A stretch of 64,000 bases of DNA, taken from positions 682,001 to 746,000 of the forward strand of contig NW_019028979.1 of NCBI RefSeq assembly GCF_002105155.1, written 5' to 3'. Source of the DNA: Lobosporangium transversale (taxonomy: Eukaryota). Position 1 is the first letter of the stretch; the number at the start of each line of letters is the position of its first letter. Below are positions 42,970 through 56,151 of the stretch, piece after piece. The notes beneath the pieces were generated by a model that was not told where the DNA came from, did not search any database, and saw nothing but the letters and a program-made list of their open reading frames with translations. The position numbers were made by a program, and so were the translations under genes.

Positions 42970-44041
42970 TAATCAGAATAATCATCAATGAAAGAGGTGT
43001 GCTACTACAGCGAATAAAATTTTATTCTGTGTCTATCTCGTTGCTCAAATACACTTTCTTTCAAAGGCACTGCTGTCTTTAATCACAAAAGTATGCCTTT
43101 TGTTGTACAGAGTACATTCATCAATGGCATAGTCCTTTCATCTCTTTATTTCTTTTCTTTTTCTTAAACTTACGTGATCTGTTTCTCGTCCTAAATATGC
43201 CATTTCAGGATGCTACTCATTTCTCTCGCACGAACTGGCTATCGCGATGACCAAACCCGTTTCCACCAAGCTCTACTATTTCCTCATTCGTTTGCACTCT
43301 CCCACACTCCTTCTGATACCTATTTTTTTTTTTTTTTTTTACACTAAACAATGTAAAAAAAAGTTATCGATGGCCGATATCCGAGCCGCGAATCTAATCG
43401 AACACTTTGAGGTTATCCCCGAAGCTGCTCAGTTGCTAGAGCTCGTTAGTCGATCAGAGCTGCTTTGTAAGCTACGCGCCATGATTTTTATTTGCAGCAT
43501 CAGTCTATCACTCTCTGTCCAGTATTCACCTGATATGTCTTTCCTTGCTTCTCAAACCTCCAGTCGCCATAGTATTTTTGCAAGTCTTTCAACTTGAACA
43601 AATTTATCTTTCTCAAGCACTACTTTTCTCAGTTCAGGTCTCTTTCCAACTATTGATAGCTGCCGTAATGAGAAATGCTGTAGTTCAGCTCTCTGCCGTC
43701 CTGTGATGCATAGGATCAGCCCATAATCCTTGATCAATCAAGATATTTGATTACCATTCTACCATTTCATTTGACACAGGAATGCGGAACAGATGCATAT
43801 AGATGTTATAAAAATATACTTTACATAATCAAAACATCTTTACGGCTAAAGAAGAATAGCTTGATATTGAAAATGTCATTGAGTACTATCAATATTCGGG
43901 CTACAAATGGAGCTATTTAGTGGAATACTTAAGAAAAGAGTAAGGGAAAGAAGAAAGAGAAATCATATATAGACACGCTTCAGCTTTCTCTTCAGCTTAA
44001 CCGCATCTGTAGCAAATGGTGTGCAACTCGTTGGCGCGGCC

Positions 44042-44075
<34 letters not shown>

Positions 44076-44246
44076 TTTTGGAACAAAACGCTATCAAGTT
44101 GGTGATCATGTTCCATTTTTATTTTTGGTTATCATTATCATCTAGATTGTATGGCGATATGCGTTAAAGTCTCATGTCTAAGGTCCTTGACCTCTATCTC
44201 AGGTCATGATATGACAATGCTTTTATTGCCTTCTTTAAACTACCAG

Positions 44247-45753
44247 CTATTGTATATTATGAGACTTAAGGAATCCTCTCACCAAAATAGCTACATTTTC
44301 CTCATCATTCAGGCAACCGCTCAGGCGTTCGATGCTTGGCCAATTGTTCACCATCCATGTCACATCCTCAAGTTGCATTCGCTGCGGCAGACTATTTCCG
44401 AAGCTTAGTGTACGTAGTCTCTTTAGATTAGCCAGTTCATCCAAACCTGCTCTTAGTCTCAAGTCTAGCGTCCGTCCACCTCCATCCCCAGCTTGTTAGG
44501 TCAAGATATTCTAGTTGAGTCAGCTTACCTAGTTGTCTAAATACAATGCGTGACTTTGCCATGCCTTCTTCAGTCTCTTGATCAATATCTGTCGCAAAAT
44601 AAATATACAGTGTAGTCAACCCAGTGCATACCCATTCTGCCCCATCGGCAATCTCTGTCACTGTGACCTTAAAGCCTTCCAGCCTTTTCAGTCGTGGACA
44701 ATTCGATAAAATGGTTTGAACATCACCACCTATGTTGCTGCCAAGTCTATTGAACACCAACGTCTCAATTGTTTCGCAGAGTCTCTGAGCCCTTGTCTTC
44801 CGTACTATTCGTCCACTATCCAATCTCCCTTGCTTGTCGGCTAGCAATTCTTGTAAAGAGAACTGACGGAATTCACCCCAAGGGACAACTAATCGTCTCA
44901 ATTCAGTCATCCGTCTGAGAAGCGCTGCCATATCCTCGTCTTTTACCTTTATATAAAGGAAAGTCAGATCTGACAAATTGATCAGAGCCCAAGGATTCTG
45001 AAGGAATGCTACCCTGTAGAAGTCTAGTTGATCATCTTCCTTTTCCCAGCCGCTAATATGCAATGAAGACAATTCTGGACATCTCCTAACCAACATACTG
45101 AGACAATAACGGCTGGTGTACGGATCTGGAGGGTCGACTATTCGGACATCCTCAATATGTAGCATGTGTATGTTTGGGAATATATTTTCGCTGTCCTCAC
45201 TATTTAGGATGTTGATAGGTAGCTGGTAGATGGTTACACTCTCCAATTCCAAATGCCTAACTTTCTTCCAGACTTGAAGGAATAGGTCAGCTTCAGCTCT
45301 GATATGTTTGTGCTGAACCTTCAAGTGGTTGAGGCTAGTGCATTCTAGTAAAGCCTTCCAGATCTCAGGCAAATCCCAAATATGTCCGCCTAAGTGAAAG
45401 CTAGTGATGATGGAGTTATGGAGCTTAATCTGGTTGAAAAGGTGGATCGGTGTGGGCCATGAACACCCCATTCCGTATGTGATGGCTCTGAGTCCCTGTA
45501 ATGACCCATACTCCTCTGGGAAAGATTCCTTAAATCCGTAGGCTTCAAATGCAACCTTTTCAATATATTTCTCGTGCTTCCGTAGTGCTTCTCTGGCAAG
45601 AAGACTGCGCGGTGTGATGGTGATTTCTTTCCCATATGAGTTTGATAAGAGAATTGTAGAAAAACTTTGAGACGCGAATACAGTTTAAAAGGTCCCTTCG
45701 GTTGAGCGAGCCGCCAATGAGTAAGAGGATTTCCGAATTCTCCAAGGGTTCAT
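44247..45753 (-). pseudogene. Frameshifted F-box/LRR (RNI-like) paralog of the gene at 46355-47899
   Basis: Colinear with the intact neighbour (DLLNCIRVSK, QTILSNCPRL, VTEIADGAEWV, RIVFRQLGKLTQL, AGLDELANLK) but split by frameshifts at ~45746, ~45631 and ~44475. Confidence 0.75.
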
Positions 45754-46354
45754 GCTGCAAAGAAAAGATAGAATGTGGCTGTGGAGGAATGGTTCATTTA
45801 AAAAAAAAATGGCGTGACTCGGTTTGCTTGGCTACTCGATATCATCTTGTGTGGAGAAATATGAAAAAGGCTGCGAAATCGTGGTAGTTTGACGCCATAG
45901 CTGGCAAGAGAATTCTGGTAATGATACAATGGTGGCAGTAGCATTCCAGAACCCATAATCTACTGTCTATATCAAAGCTATGAAAAACACCGTTCAAGAG
46001 AAAAAAGTAAAAGTAAAGAAGTAATATCGAACGATAGACGAGATTCGGCTTTCTTTCCAGCTAAAACCACATCTTGCACGGCAAGTGGAGTCACTGACCA
46101 ACTTGGTGGACTGCCGTAAAAAAATAGTTTTGACTGGCTTTGGCTCAAACGCAATTTATAAAAACTATCTTACTTGGGAAACCCTATGCCTTTGGCAGTG
46201 TGCAATGCTTTGTAAATACAATTGCCATAGGTATATTTTATCACTATATACATCAAGGTCGTATCTCGATCATCAATAAGTTGATGAGGCCTAAAAGACT
46301 CGTATTCAAGAATCCTGTCCCTTACATCAGGTTGTGAGTCGACAGTGTTTTCGT

Positions 46355-47899
46355 CTATTGGCAAATTACTATATTGTGCGACCTGAACAAGTTATATATC
46401 CCATGGTTTTTTCTCATTTGAGCTTCCTCACCGCCACCATTCAAGTATTTAATGCTTGGCCAATTGTTCACAATCCATGTCGCGTCCTCGAGATGCATTC
46501 GCTGGTAAAGATCGCCACTGAGAGTTAGAGTTCTCAAAACCTTCAAGCTGGCCAGTTCATCTAGGCCTGCCCCTAGTCTCAAGTTCAACGTGCGTTTCCT
46601 TGTATCCTTTGGGCTCCACGTTGTTAGCTTAAGATGACGTAGCTGGGTCAATTTTCCTAGCCGTCTGAACACGATGCGCTGCTTCTCCATGCCCTCTGTA
46701 CTCTCTTGATTGATGTCTGCCTCGAGATAGATAGCCAGATCAGTCAGTCTAGTGCTAACCCATTCTGCGCCATTAACAATCTCTGTCACAGTGATTTTAG
46801 CTCCCGCTAGTTGCTCCAGGCGTGGGCAATTCGATAAAATAGTTTGGATAACACCATCCATAATAGGATTTCGATAATTGAACTTCAATTCCTCAATTGT
46901 TTCGCAGAGTCTCCGAAGCCTTGTCTTTTGCACCACGTGTCCATTATCCAATATTTCTTGCCTGTCAGCTAGCAATTCTTGCAGAGAGAGCTGGCCGAAC
47001 TCACATAGTGGAGCATATAGCCGTCTTAGTGTAGTCATCCGTCCAAGAAGTGTTGCCATCTCCTCATCTTTCAGACTCGTCTGAGGGATAGACAAATCAG
47101 ATAAGCTTCCCAATGTCCAGGAATGCTGAAAGAAGGCTGCCTTGTAGAAATGGTCATATCTTGGCTGCTTAGATAACTTGCTCTCGCTGCTCTCGTAAAA
47201 TTTCAGTGTACACAATCCTGGGCATCTCCTTGTCAAAATGCCGAGGCAATACGGTGACGCATATGGGTGCGGAGGGTTGACTATGTTGACATGATCAATA
47301 CTTAATGTGCGAATATTTGAGAGGATATATTCGCTGGTTTCACTATCTAGGAAGCCGATAGGTAGCTGATGTATGGACGTATTATCCAAGTCTAGGCGCC
47401 TAAGTCTCTTGCAGACTTGGAAGAATAGATCGACTTCATCATTTATGCTTATCTTTGATAATTTTAGATGCTTGAGGTTGCTGCATTCCAGCAGTAGCTT
47501 AAAGAGTTCTGGCGAAGATTGAATACTAGTCAAACGAACCCCGGTTATGGTAGAGTTGTGGGCTCTGAGAAGGCCCGAAAACTTAACCTGCTGTGGCGAG
47601 CATGAATATGTGTCGTTTGCGATAAATTGAAGGCGATCACACCCATGTAATGTCGTATATTCCTCGGGAATGCAGTCTTGAAAAAATATCTCCTCGATGT
47701 ATTTCTTATTATTCTGAAGGGCTTCACCAGTAGGATGTCCTCGATAAGATATAATGATTTTTCTCCATATGAACCCAATAAGAGCACCGTGAAAAGTCTT
47801 CGAGACACGGATACAATTTAGAAGGTCTTTTCGAGAGAGAAAGCCGCCAATGAGCAGGATGATTTCGGGAATATCCAGAGGATTCACTTTAATGTTCAT
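46355..47899 (-). CDS. F-box/leucine-rich-repeat (RNI-like) protein, intronless
   Basis: N-terminal F-box-like NPLDIPEIILLIGGFLSRKDLLNCIRVSKTFH followed by LxxLxL repeats (CSNLKHLKL, CPGLCTL, CPRLEQL). Confidence 0.85.
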   Translation of the reverse strand: MNIKVNPLDIPEIILLIGGFLSRKDLLNCIRVSKTFHGALIGFIWRKIIISYRGHPTGEALQNNKKYIEEIFFQDCIPEEYTTLHGCDRLQFIANDTYSCSPQQVKFSGLLRAHNSTITGVRLTSIQSSPELFKLLLECSNLKHLKLSKISINDEVDLFFQVCKRLRRLDLDNTSIHQLPIGFLDSETSEYILSNIRTLSIDHVNIVNPPHPYASPYCLGILTRRCPGLCTLKFYESSESKLSKQPRYDHFYKAAFFQHSWTLGSLSDLSIPQTSLKDEEMATLLGRMTTLRRLYAPLCEFGQLSLQELLADRQEILDNGHVVQKTRLRRLCETIEELKFNYRNPIMDGVIQTILSNCPRLEQLAGAKITVTEIVNGAEWVSTRLTDLAIYLEADINQESTEGMEKQRIVFRRLGKLTQLRHLKLTTWSPKDTRKRTLNLRLGAGLDELASLKVLRTLTLSGDLYQRMHLEDATWIVNNWPSIKYLNGGGEEAQMRKNHGIYNLFRSHNIVICQ

Positions 47900-49550
47900 G
47901 TTATAAAGAGATGATGCTGCTGGAATGTGGGCTTGATGTCATTGCATGTTGTGAAGACAACCTTTTTTTTTTTTTTTTTAAAGGACGATCTCATTTTCCT
48001 TCATGTGACTGATGAGTCCTGATCCACATCTCCAGCTTGTTAGTGCAGAAACAAAAAAATCTGACACAAGCCAGCCAGTCACACTGAGGGTGAGGCTGAT
48101 GCGACAAGGGCAAGGAATATCTTTAGAGCGGCGTTTTCGAGATAGGGCGTGGGATCTAGTCGGATATTGCTGGTTGGGCTCCAATAGATGGATGATAAAA
48201 TGAATGTATGTGTACGATGTTCATTAGTACACATGTGTATATGCCTCTTTGTGCTTACACAGCCCTCGCTATCGTTGTAGAACGTAATAATATCCAGAGG
48301 AATGGTCGAGTGTGATATATGACTAGGTACAGAGACTGCAGTGCTAGAAGCCAGGAATGACAGTGAATGGATCAGCAGTGTCTCTCTCGCATGCCAAGGT
48401 CACACAGGAAAATAAATTCTTTATTACTGCAGATCTTCCGAATAGGCCCAATAAAGTTTCAATAGATCTAAATTTCGGTCATGTTCTTTGTTCCTGTTCT
48501 GTTCGTAACCTTGACTTGCCTAGGTTGAGTTAGCGAGCTTCATTTCACTTACGAGCGAAGAGGTCTTGACGCAATGAATGTTAGAAAAAAAAAAAAAAAA
48601 AACCAAAATAATTGATTACTATGCATGCACCTTTTCTTCCCTCATGCCGATGATCCCCTGATGTGGTATGGCCCGCGCAACTTCCAAACATCACTCCACA
48701 GGCTGCTTTGTCCCCTCACCTTCCCGCTATCTTGTACCTTAGGCATCCCGATGTGTACATCTAAAGATACATTTGGAACGGGATTTGCCATATACATTGA
48801 GACCTTTATAGAAGCAAAAACAGTATTCTAGGCTCTACCTGTCAACAATAAACTATCGTCTAAAAATAAAAAGAAGACGCACTAATTAAGTGGATCCCTA
48901 AATAAAGTGCCCCCCTATTCTACGGCCACACAGTTAAATTGGCAGGCAATCTCTTATACAAGATTCCCGCAAATGCATTTGTATTTCAGAATATCCCGCG
49001 CATCTCGCGAGTGGCTCATGCGACATCCCCTGAGGGAAGAACCTTAGGGATCCAGATGGTGCACTGCAACACACGCCAATGGGAGATGGTTTTATTTCAA
49101 TATCAGTCTGAGATTACATGTCGGATCCAGAGCTGAAAAGATAAACGGCTACAGAATCGTGAAAAATATATCTTGAAGGGCACTATTTGCTGGGAATAGG
49201 GTAAGAGGGGGGTGTATCAGGGACAATACGCGTGTTGAAGGGGGAAACAGAGGTCTCAATTATTTGAACATCCCTCCTTGATCCTCTTTCGGCTATGATC
49301 CCTTATAGGACATCCACCTTTCGCGCTGTAGTTGACTCCATTCTGAAGATAAGTTTTCTTTTCTTCCTTTTTCACCCTCCTCTTCCTCTTTTTCTTTCTT
49401 TTCCTACTCCTTCTTTCTCTTTCATACTACACACGTTTGCTAATCATCATCAGCTCCCACTTTCTCACTTACCCTCACTCTATTCTCATATAATATTTCC
49501 CTAATTTACATTTGTTTTTATGCGATATCGCAACATTCAGAAAACTTGAA

Positions 49551-50828
49551 ATGTCTCCACGTTATATTGTTGTTCCAACGGAACGTATATATGAGGCGCG
49601 ACCTAATGGCTGGCGCAAACGCGCTGTCCCATTGTCACCTGACGTTGCCACCAGTTCATCACTTGACGTGGATATCCTTGATCCTCCCAGTATGGCCTCT
49701 ATGTCGTCCATTTCTCCGCCTAAGGAAACCTTAATCATCATTGCAGTATCGTTGGGCACTTGTTTGTTGATTGTTGCGCTGTTCTTGTTTGTATTCTGCA
49801 TGAGACGCAAATACGCCCTCCGTCGGCGTATCGGGCAATCACAAGAGCAAGGAGAATTTTCATCAACATATGAGGGGGAGAAAGCAACCAATGGATACTT
49901 TGAAAAACAACTCTGGACTCAGGTCCCAGAGGTTACAAAAGCCAACACAAAAGCCAAAGTAACATCCGTCGTGACAGGTACTCCAAAACGTCCTACAAAT
50001 GTTCACCACAGAACACGATCTGTGCCCATTGCCTTTACAAGCAAAAATCAAAGCAACAAACATAGACGGAGTACTAACGCCAGCATTCGACCACATGCCA
50101 GTGAGCGTTTTCAACAAATCCCGCTAGCTGGCGAAACACTCGTTGAAAGTGAAGATGAAGTAGCCCTAAAGCAGTCTTTGTCAACGGACAACGACTCAAG
50201 GGATCATGAAACAGTATCCATTATTGCACCTCCAATCCCTACCCTCCATCGCAGAGTCAGCTTGAACAGTCATCAAAAAAATCTTAATTATATCATCGGT
50301 CGATCTGTTCCTATTGATGAAGAGAGCATCCATGAGACATCAAGCTATAATACACCTCCGAAAGCGTCGATACACTTCACAGAGAGCGAGGTGCTTGGAG
50401 AAGGCGGCAACAGCGACAAACACAAGAACAATATCAATCCTACCAGTCCTTCTAGTGGCTTTGGTCAGCATCGACACCGCTTCCGCTCACACTCCCATCG
50501 AAGCATCGGTACAATGGAGTTTAATCCATCACAATTCATAACTTTCTCAACTCAGCTGGATTTGATTAAGAACTGCCATCCACATCATCCCGAAGCCGAA
50601 GCGGTGTCGTCATCATCCGAAGATGAAAGCGATGAAAGTGATAATGATGACACGGTTTCGAACACATCCTCGGATGACGGTCATCATTTTAATGCTAGCA
50701 CTCATCCTATTTTTACCTGTAGCGGCGATAAAATTGAGCTGGGTAAGAATGGAGGAGAGAATCGACCTCAAACTCAGGGACTTAATGTCTTACCTACACC
50801 ACAACCGCCAACTTTCGTATCAGGCTAA
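49551..50828 (+). CDS. Hypothetical single-pass membrane protein with disordered cytoplasmic tail
   Basis: ATG 49551; hydrophobic TLIIIAVSLGTCLLIVALFLFVFC followed by basic MRRKYALRRR; Ser/acidic tail. The 3' end may be spliced further. Confidence 0.7.
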   Translation: MSPRYIVVPTERIYEARPNGWRKRAVPLSPDVATSSSLDVDILDPPSMASMSSISPPKETLIIIAVSLGTCLLIVALFLFVFCMRRKYALRRRIGQSQEQGEFSSTYEGEKATNGYFEKQLWTQVPEVTKANTKAKVTSVVTGTPKRPTNVHHRTRSVPIAFTSKNQSNKHRRSTNASIRPHASERFQQIPLAGETLVESEDEVALKQSLSTDNDSRDHETVSIIAPPIPTLHRRVSLNSHQKNLNYIIGRSVPIDEESIHETSSYNTPPKASIHFTESEVLGEGGNSDKHKNNINPTSPSSGFGQHRHRFRSHSHRSIGTMEFNPSQFITFSTQLDLIKNCHPHHPEAEAVSSSSEDESDESDNDDTVSNTSSDDGHHFNASTHPIFTCSGDKIELGKNGGENRPQTQGLNVLPTPQPPTFVSG

Positions 50829-53027
50829 TCAGAAACAACTTGGTATCACATACACGGCTCCATCGGTACTGCTACCAGCTCGGGAAAAAGTGGAGGAGCT
50901 TGCGCTTCCTTCACGTATTATGTATATACCTACCTGCAAGTACATAGCCGCGGAGACGAGGCAACAATTATTCTAATGACGGATCATATCGGAAAAACCC
51001 GAGAAATCCAGAGAAATGATTCGATCTTGCGCAGGGCCATCGAGCAAGTTGCTGCAATATCATTTCACATTAAAAATTACTGAACCTTGATTTGCGCCAT
51101 ATTCATCATATTCATCATAATCATTTAACGTTTTTTTATGTTCCTGACTTCCTATAATCTACAAATAAACAAAACCCAGGATGTCAAAGTCCAAAGGGTA
51201 CACATGACATGGTCCCGCAGTGTTGAAGGGGGAGGGGGACGAAAGAGAGTTGATGTAGAATATGGGCAACATGTTTAGTTTTATATAAAAGCTTAAAAAA
51301 GATCTGTATCAAAGATGGCGGGATTTTCGTCAGCGTGTGTACAGAACATAACCCATGATATGCCATGGATGTTAAATTATTTATGCTGGCCATCATTATA
51401 ATTCATATATTCATCCTTTAACGAAAGAATTAAAAAAGTTTATATATATCAAATAACCCTCATCTAAATAAGAAGAATGGTGCGAAGTTCCCATTTTTTT
51501 TCTCGCTTTTTCTCCGGTTGGGTAGTAATAAACAGACAATGTTAGAATCGATCTATGATCGTTACTATGCATAACAAAGTAATAGAAGAAGAAAGAAACA
51601 CGTTAGCGCCGTGCATCTGTAGAAGCTGTAAGCCCACATGGGGATGAACGGATGGACAAAGATGAGTAAATGTTTCTTAGAATGTTCCTTCCATTCCTTT
51701 TTCTATGGGGGGTTGAAGTGGCGTTTGCATAAACCAAACATCCATATTGTTACACCACACCATCAGTGAAGGTTTTTTTTTTTTTTTTTTTTTCATAGGC
51801 GTGTTTGTGTGTAAATGTTAGTTTGAGCTGACTTTATCAGATCGTTGTTTAGTGTTTAATGTTTAGAATTCAGTGCTCACAACCCATTACATGAGGAAGA
51901 AGTATTATAAACAAATGATTTTTACTTTACATTTTCTTTATCAGATCGACTCTTTTTCTTTTATCCATGTATTATATCAATGTTCTTATTCCCCGACCCA
52001 GGAAAGACATATCTCAGCTCATTTATTTAGGCTAAATTGCCGCTCCTCATTGTGGTCAGCCGTTCTACATGTATTTGAATACATATCAACCACATCATTC
52101 AGTGCGCAACCAGTTTAACCATGACAAACAAGTAAACATGAAGCTTTTTTTTTTTTTTTTTTTTTTTTTGCTTGGACCCATTTTACTTCTAAATACCTTA
52201 TTTGTATGCCATCTGTCATCAGATATCTCTTCCAAAACAGTCAGTCCATGTAACACCGTTTTCTCAACATTCAGAATATGCAAACTATATATATATAATC
52301 AATTTACCGGAGGGATTTGAATTTGCGAAGAAATAAAAAAAAAATCTGATAAACAAACTAAACCCAGACAAAACCTTAAATCTTAAAGGACTATCAGATC
52401 ATGGCAAAAGATGCGCCATTTGGCGCGTGAGAAAGACTGGACTAGGCAAACAGTTTCTGACGCTCTGTGGATGACCACATGATGGCCTCATTCATTCCTC
52501 TCCTACTGTGCAATACATTTTCTTTAATGTTATTCCTCATCCCCCTCCCTCCCTAACCTGGATAGAGCATGGGCAAGAGTGTGAATGAATGCTTTAAACC
52601 CAGCTTGGGAACCGAAAGAATCTTATGATTGTATGGATCTTTACATATTAAAACGATACATCTTTGCAGATTTCGAGTACATGGCTGCTTCTTCGTAACT
52701 GTACTACCAACAGAAGTTTAAACAATCATTGCATAAAGTTGAATTCTGTGGTAGACTAGTGTTATAACCGGTTTTTTTTGAGTCAACTCAAAACCAACAG
52801 ATCAACGCCCTCTCTTCTACTCCACGCGATTCGGTGCCTTTCTTTTTTTTTTTTTTTTTTTTTTTTTGTTTGATTCCAGACGATTATAAAAGCTAGCCTT
52901 GCAAATCCTTTTTTTTTTTTTTTTTTTTTTTTCCTCGTTCCTTACCTCAGCTTAAGCACTCCAGTGGCCTTACCATCCTCTCTTCATAATCCAATCTCGT
53001 TGAGCATCCTTGCACATCTTTCCAATC

Positions 53028-53360
53028 ATGTCTACCACCCCCGCCCCCGCCAACGTGAGAATGCCCTGGACTCAGTTCTACTGTACTGAAAATACCCCTT
53101 GCCCAGTTGAGGGAACCGTCTGCCATGCTCGCAAGTACTGTATCCCCAACTTGAAGCAGGGTGAGGCCTGCTACGATTCCAAGGACTCTGTCCCTCCATT
53201 CGTTGCCCGTGTCGACAACGTCTACACCCTCTTCTGCGACATGCCTACTGAGATCAAGGCCCAGAACGTCACCTGCCCCTTGGGATGCGAGAGTACGTTT
53301 TTATCGTTATTTTAGGCTGTTAGCCACCAACCCAATGGCTTTTTCTTTTATGACACTTGC

Positions 53361-53392
<32 letters not shown>

Positions 53393-53765
53393 GTGGGAAA
53401 CAGAGTGGGAGGACTGCCACGGCAATATTTGCATGATCAAGAAGTGCAATGCAGCCCAGTCTGCCTGCAGAGCCGGTAATGATGAAATGTGCATGGGCGT
53501 TCTCCGCGAGGAGACCTTCTGCTACGACCCTTTGATGCACGGTAGCAAGCCCATTACGATTCAAGGGGAGAAGGGTCTTTCGAGCTCCCAGATCGGCGGT
53601 ATTGCTGGAGGTGTCTCTGCTGCCGTCGTTGTCCTCGCTGCCGTTGGTGCCTTCTTGATCCGTCGTCGCCGTGCTGTCAAGGCTAAGCAGGCTTCCCAAC
53701 AGTCTTTGCCTTCCTACTCTGCTCAAGATGAGAAGAGCGCCATGCAGCAGGCCACCACTGCTTAA
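53028..53765 (+). CDS. Cysteine-rich single-pass membrane protein
   Basis: Exons 53028-53293 and 53404-53765; 14 Cys before the TM segment IGGIAGGVSAAVVVLAAVGAFLI-RRRR; C-ending codon bias; TATAAAAG at ~52885. Confidence 0.8.
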
Positions 53766-54822
53766 AAAAAAAAAGTAGAGAGAGTAGTCATACACTTCAA
53801 TAATTAACTCGTACATATAAATTGTGAAATAGTTGTATAGCGACCATTATTTTTTTTTTCTTCCTTCATAAACAGCATTAATACCCAAATACACCTTCCA
53901 ATATATATATTTTGATGTTATTGATGTTACTGTATGCTTGCGGAGGAAATTGTAGAGACGTCTCATTGGTGTTTATTTATTTATTTTTTCCTCTTCTTCG
54001 GAATTAATGTTTGTATCAGATCAGAAAAGGAATTTATTTTTTCCTCTGAATTTGACATTGCGTCGCGTCCAAGTTGATATACGCGTCATATTCGTGCGCT
54101 ATGCTTTTTTTTTTTTTTTTTCCCTTCATGGTGAACATGCCTGTGTTTTTTTTCAAGAGTGTATTCAGGGGAACAAGTAAGACAAGTCTACAATGCAATT
54201 TAAAGAAAGAAAGAAAAAAAAAAAAAATTTACACGCTTCGATGTTTCTTTTTTCCAGAGTTGCCAAAAAAAAAAAAAAAAATGTTGAGACAATTGGATAA
54301 GATCGTTCCAACACTATGGAATAGGATTAGTTTCTAGTCATAAAAATGTTTTTGTATTGGTCATTTGTCTTTATCTACAGAAATAGACTCATTATATTAT
54401 ACAGATAAATATATGTATATACATACTTGTCGTTTCATAGTTCAAAGAACGATGGCCTAGAAAAGCATTCAAATTCTTTGGGTATATGAGGACAAATTTA
54501 TTCTTTTTTTTTTTTTTTTTTTTTTTTTGATTGCCAGCTGTTCTTTCTGACCATCATGCAAAGAAATGCATTTAAGTGTACTAATTCTTTTAGGCTCCAA
54601 AAGCATTGAATGCGTGATATGTAATGCAAACCACTAATCTTTTCCCACGATGCAGGGCAGAAATTCTGGCTGTGGGATGTTTGCAGCAAGCAAAGGCAAC
54701 TCCCTCTCTTCCTTTTTTCAACACATGGCAATTGTTACAAATAAATGAAGGCCATGCATCAGTGGTGAGGACGGGAGCACAAAAATTAAACATGGAAATG
54801 GAATTACTTGCCTACAAGTGAA

Positions 54823-54853
<31 letters not shown>

Positions 54854-55107
54854 TCCTCTCACCAATCGTTGACATCTCTCCAACTATATCGCCTAACCAT
54901 ATCTTGGTTAAGCATAGATCACCAACAAATAGTCTTTCCATTCACTCTGCACTTTATAAATGTGCCATAACAACAGTTACGGATAAAAAAAAAAATTAGA
55001 TGTCACGAGGGAGGAAATGCGACAGAAGACAGACAAGCAATTTATTTTTTTGTGGTCGAGCGATGGTGGTGCAAAAGAAGCTCAAGTTCTTTATTCTCTC
55101 TTTTTTT

Positions 55108-56151
55108 TTACTTGGCCTTGGTGGCTTTGGGAGCCTTGGCGGGCTTGGCGTTCTTGCTCTGGGCCTTGATGACCTTCTTGACGATCTTCTGCTCCTCGAT
55201 CAAGAAAGCGCGAACGATTCTGTCACGGACGCAGTTGGCGCAGCGGGAACCACCATAGGCACGGTTAACGGTCTTCTGGCGGCGAGAGATGCGGGCGTAC
55301 TCAGTGGGGCGGAGAGCGGGAATCTGGTAAGGATTATCAAAACAAGAAAATAGATATATATATATCGATAAGAAACAACGTCGTCAGTAAACATTGCATT
55401 ATACAAAGCGATATTGGTTTTGTGTCTGCTTCCTGCTAGATTTTGCTCTTCAATCAGTCATCACTATAATGTCCCAGTCTAAATAGTCCACGAACTCTAG
55501 TTAAGCAAACATTAACCTCTGATTATACTGAAGGTACTAAATACACGCAGTTCGCTTAATCATCGAAAGATGAGCTGACAACACATTAAAGTCGATCTGA
55601 TGCTGTGTTCCTGACAATAGTGGATGGTAATAAAAAAGGGACATCTCCTTTAAAACTGTCCCGGTGCTTAAAGAGTTATTAAGACAGAATATAAAAAAAG
55701 CCATTCCCTTCTATTTGGCCGAACAGATAGGGAAAAATGTAGATCGTTGCTAAGGTTGTTGGTCACTATGGTGCTAATGAGAAATAAATCGTCTGATGAT
55801 CCTGTTTCTTTTGTCCAGTAAATCATCCTGAATCATAATAGGCTATACCATTTTTTTTTTTTTTTTTTCCTCGTTGACTTGTTGTATCCTCCCACTCATT
55901 TACTACGGCAGCTCTTTTTTGTTTTTTTTCTGCATTTCCATTGCGTCCCTAGGTTAGTCCTATTTTATTTTTTTCCCCCAAGTCCAACTTACACCAGGAA
56001 GAGCAACACCGCAATCACCGCACTTGGGGGAAGTGCCGGGCTTCTTCTCATAGAGCCAAGTCAAGCGACCACCAGGGGTCTTGACGACGCGAGTCCTGTT
56101 GGACTTGGTGTTGTAGGACAAACGGCGGCGGTAAGTGAGACGCTGAGCCAT
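55108..56151 (-). CDS. RPL34: 60S ribosomal protein L34 (eL34)
   Basis: [78 protein letters not shown]. Exons 55993-56151 and 55108-55323; probable 5'UTR intron (TTATAG 3 nt before the ATG). Confidence 0.98.

Noticed and set aside
43370..43740. Stop-interrupted minus-strand reading frame as a transposon or gene relic
   Set aside because: No recognisable domain, terminal repeats or target-site duplication.
46060..46340. Short ORFs between the F-box paralogs as a transposase fragment
   Set aside because: No DDE or other motif could be supported.
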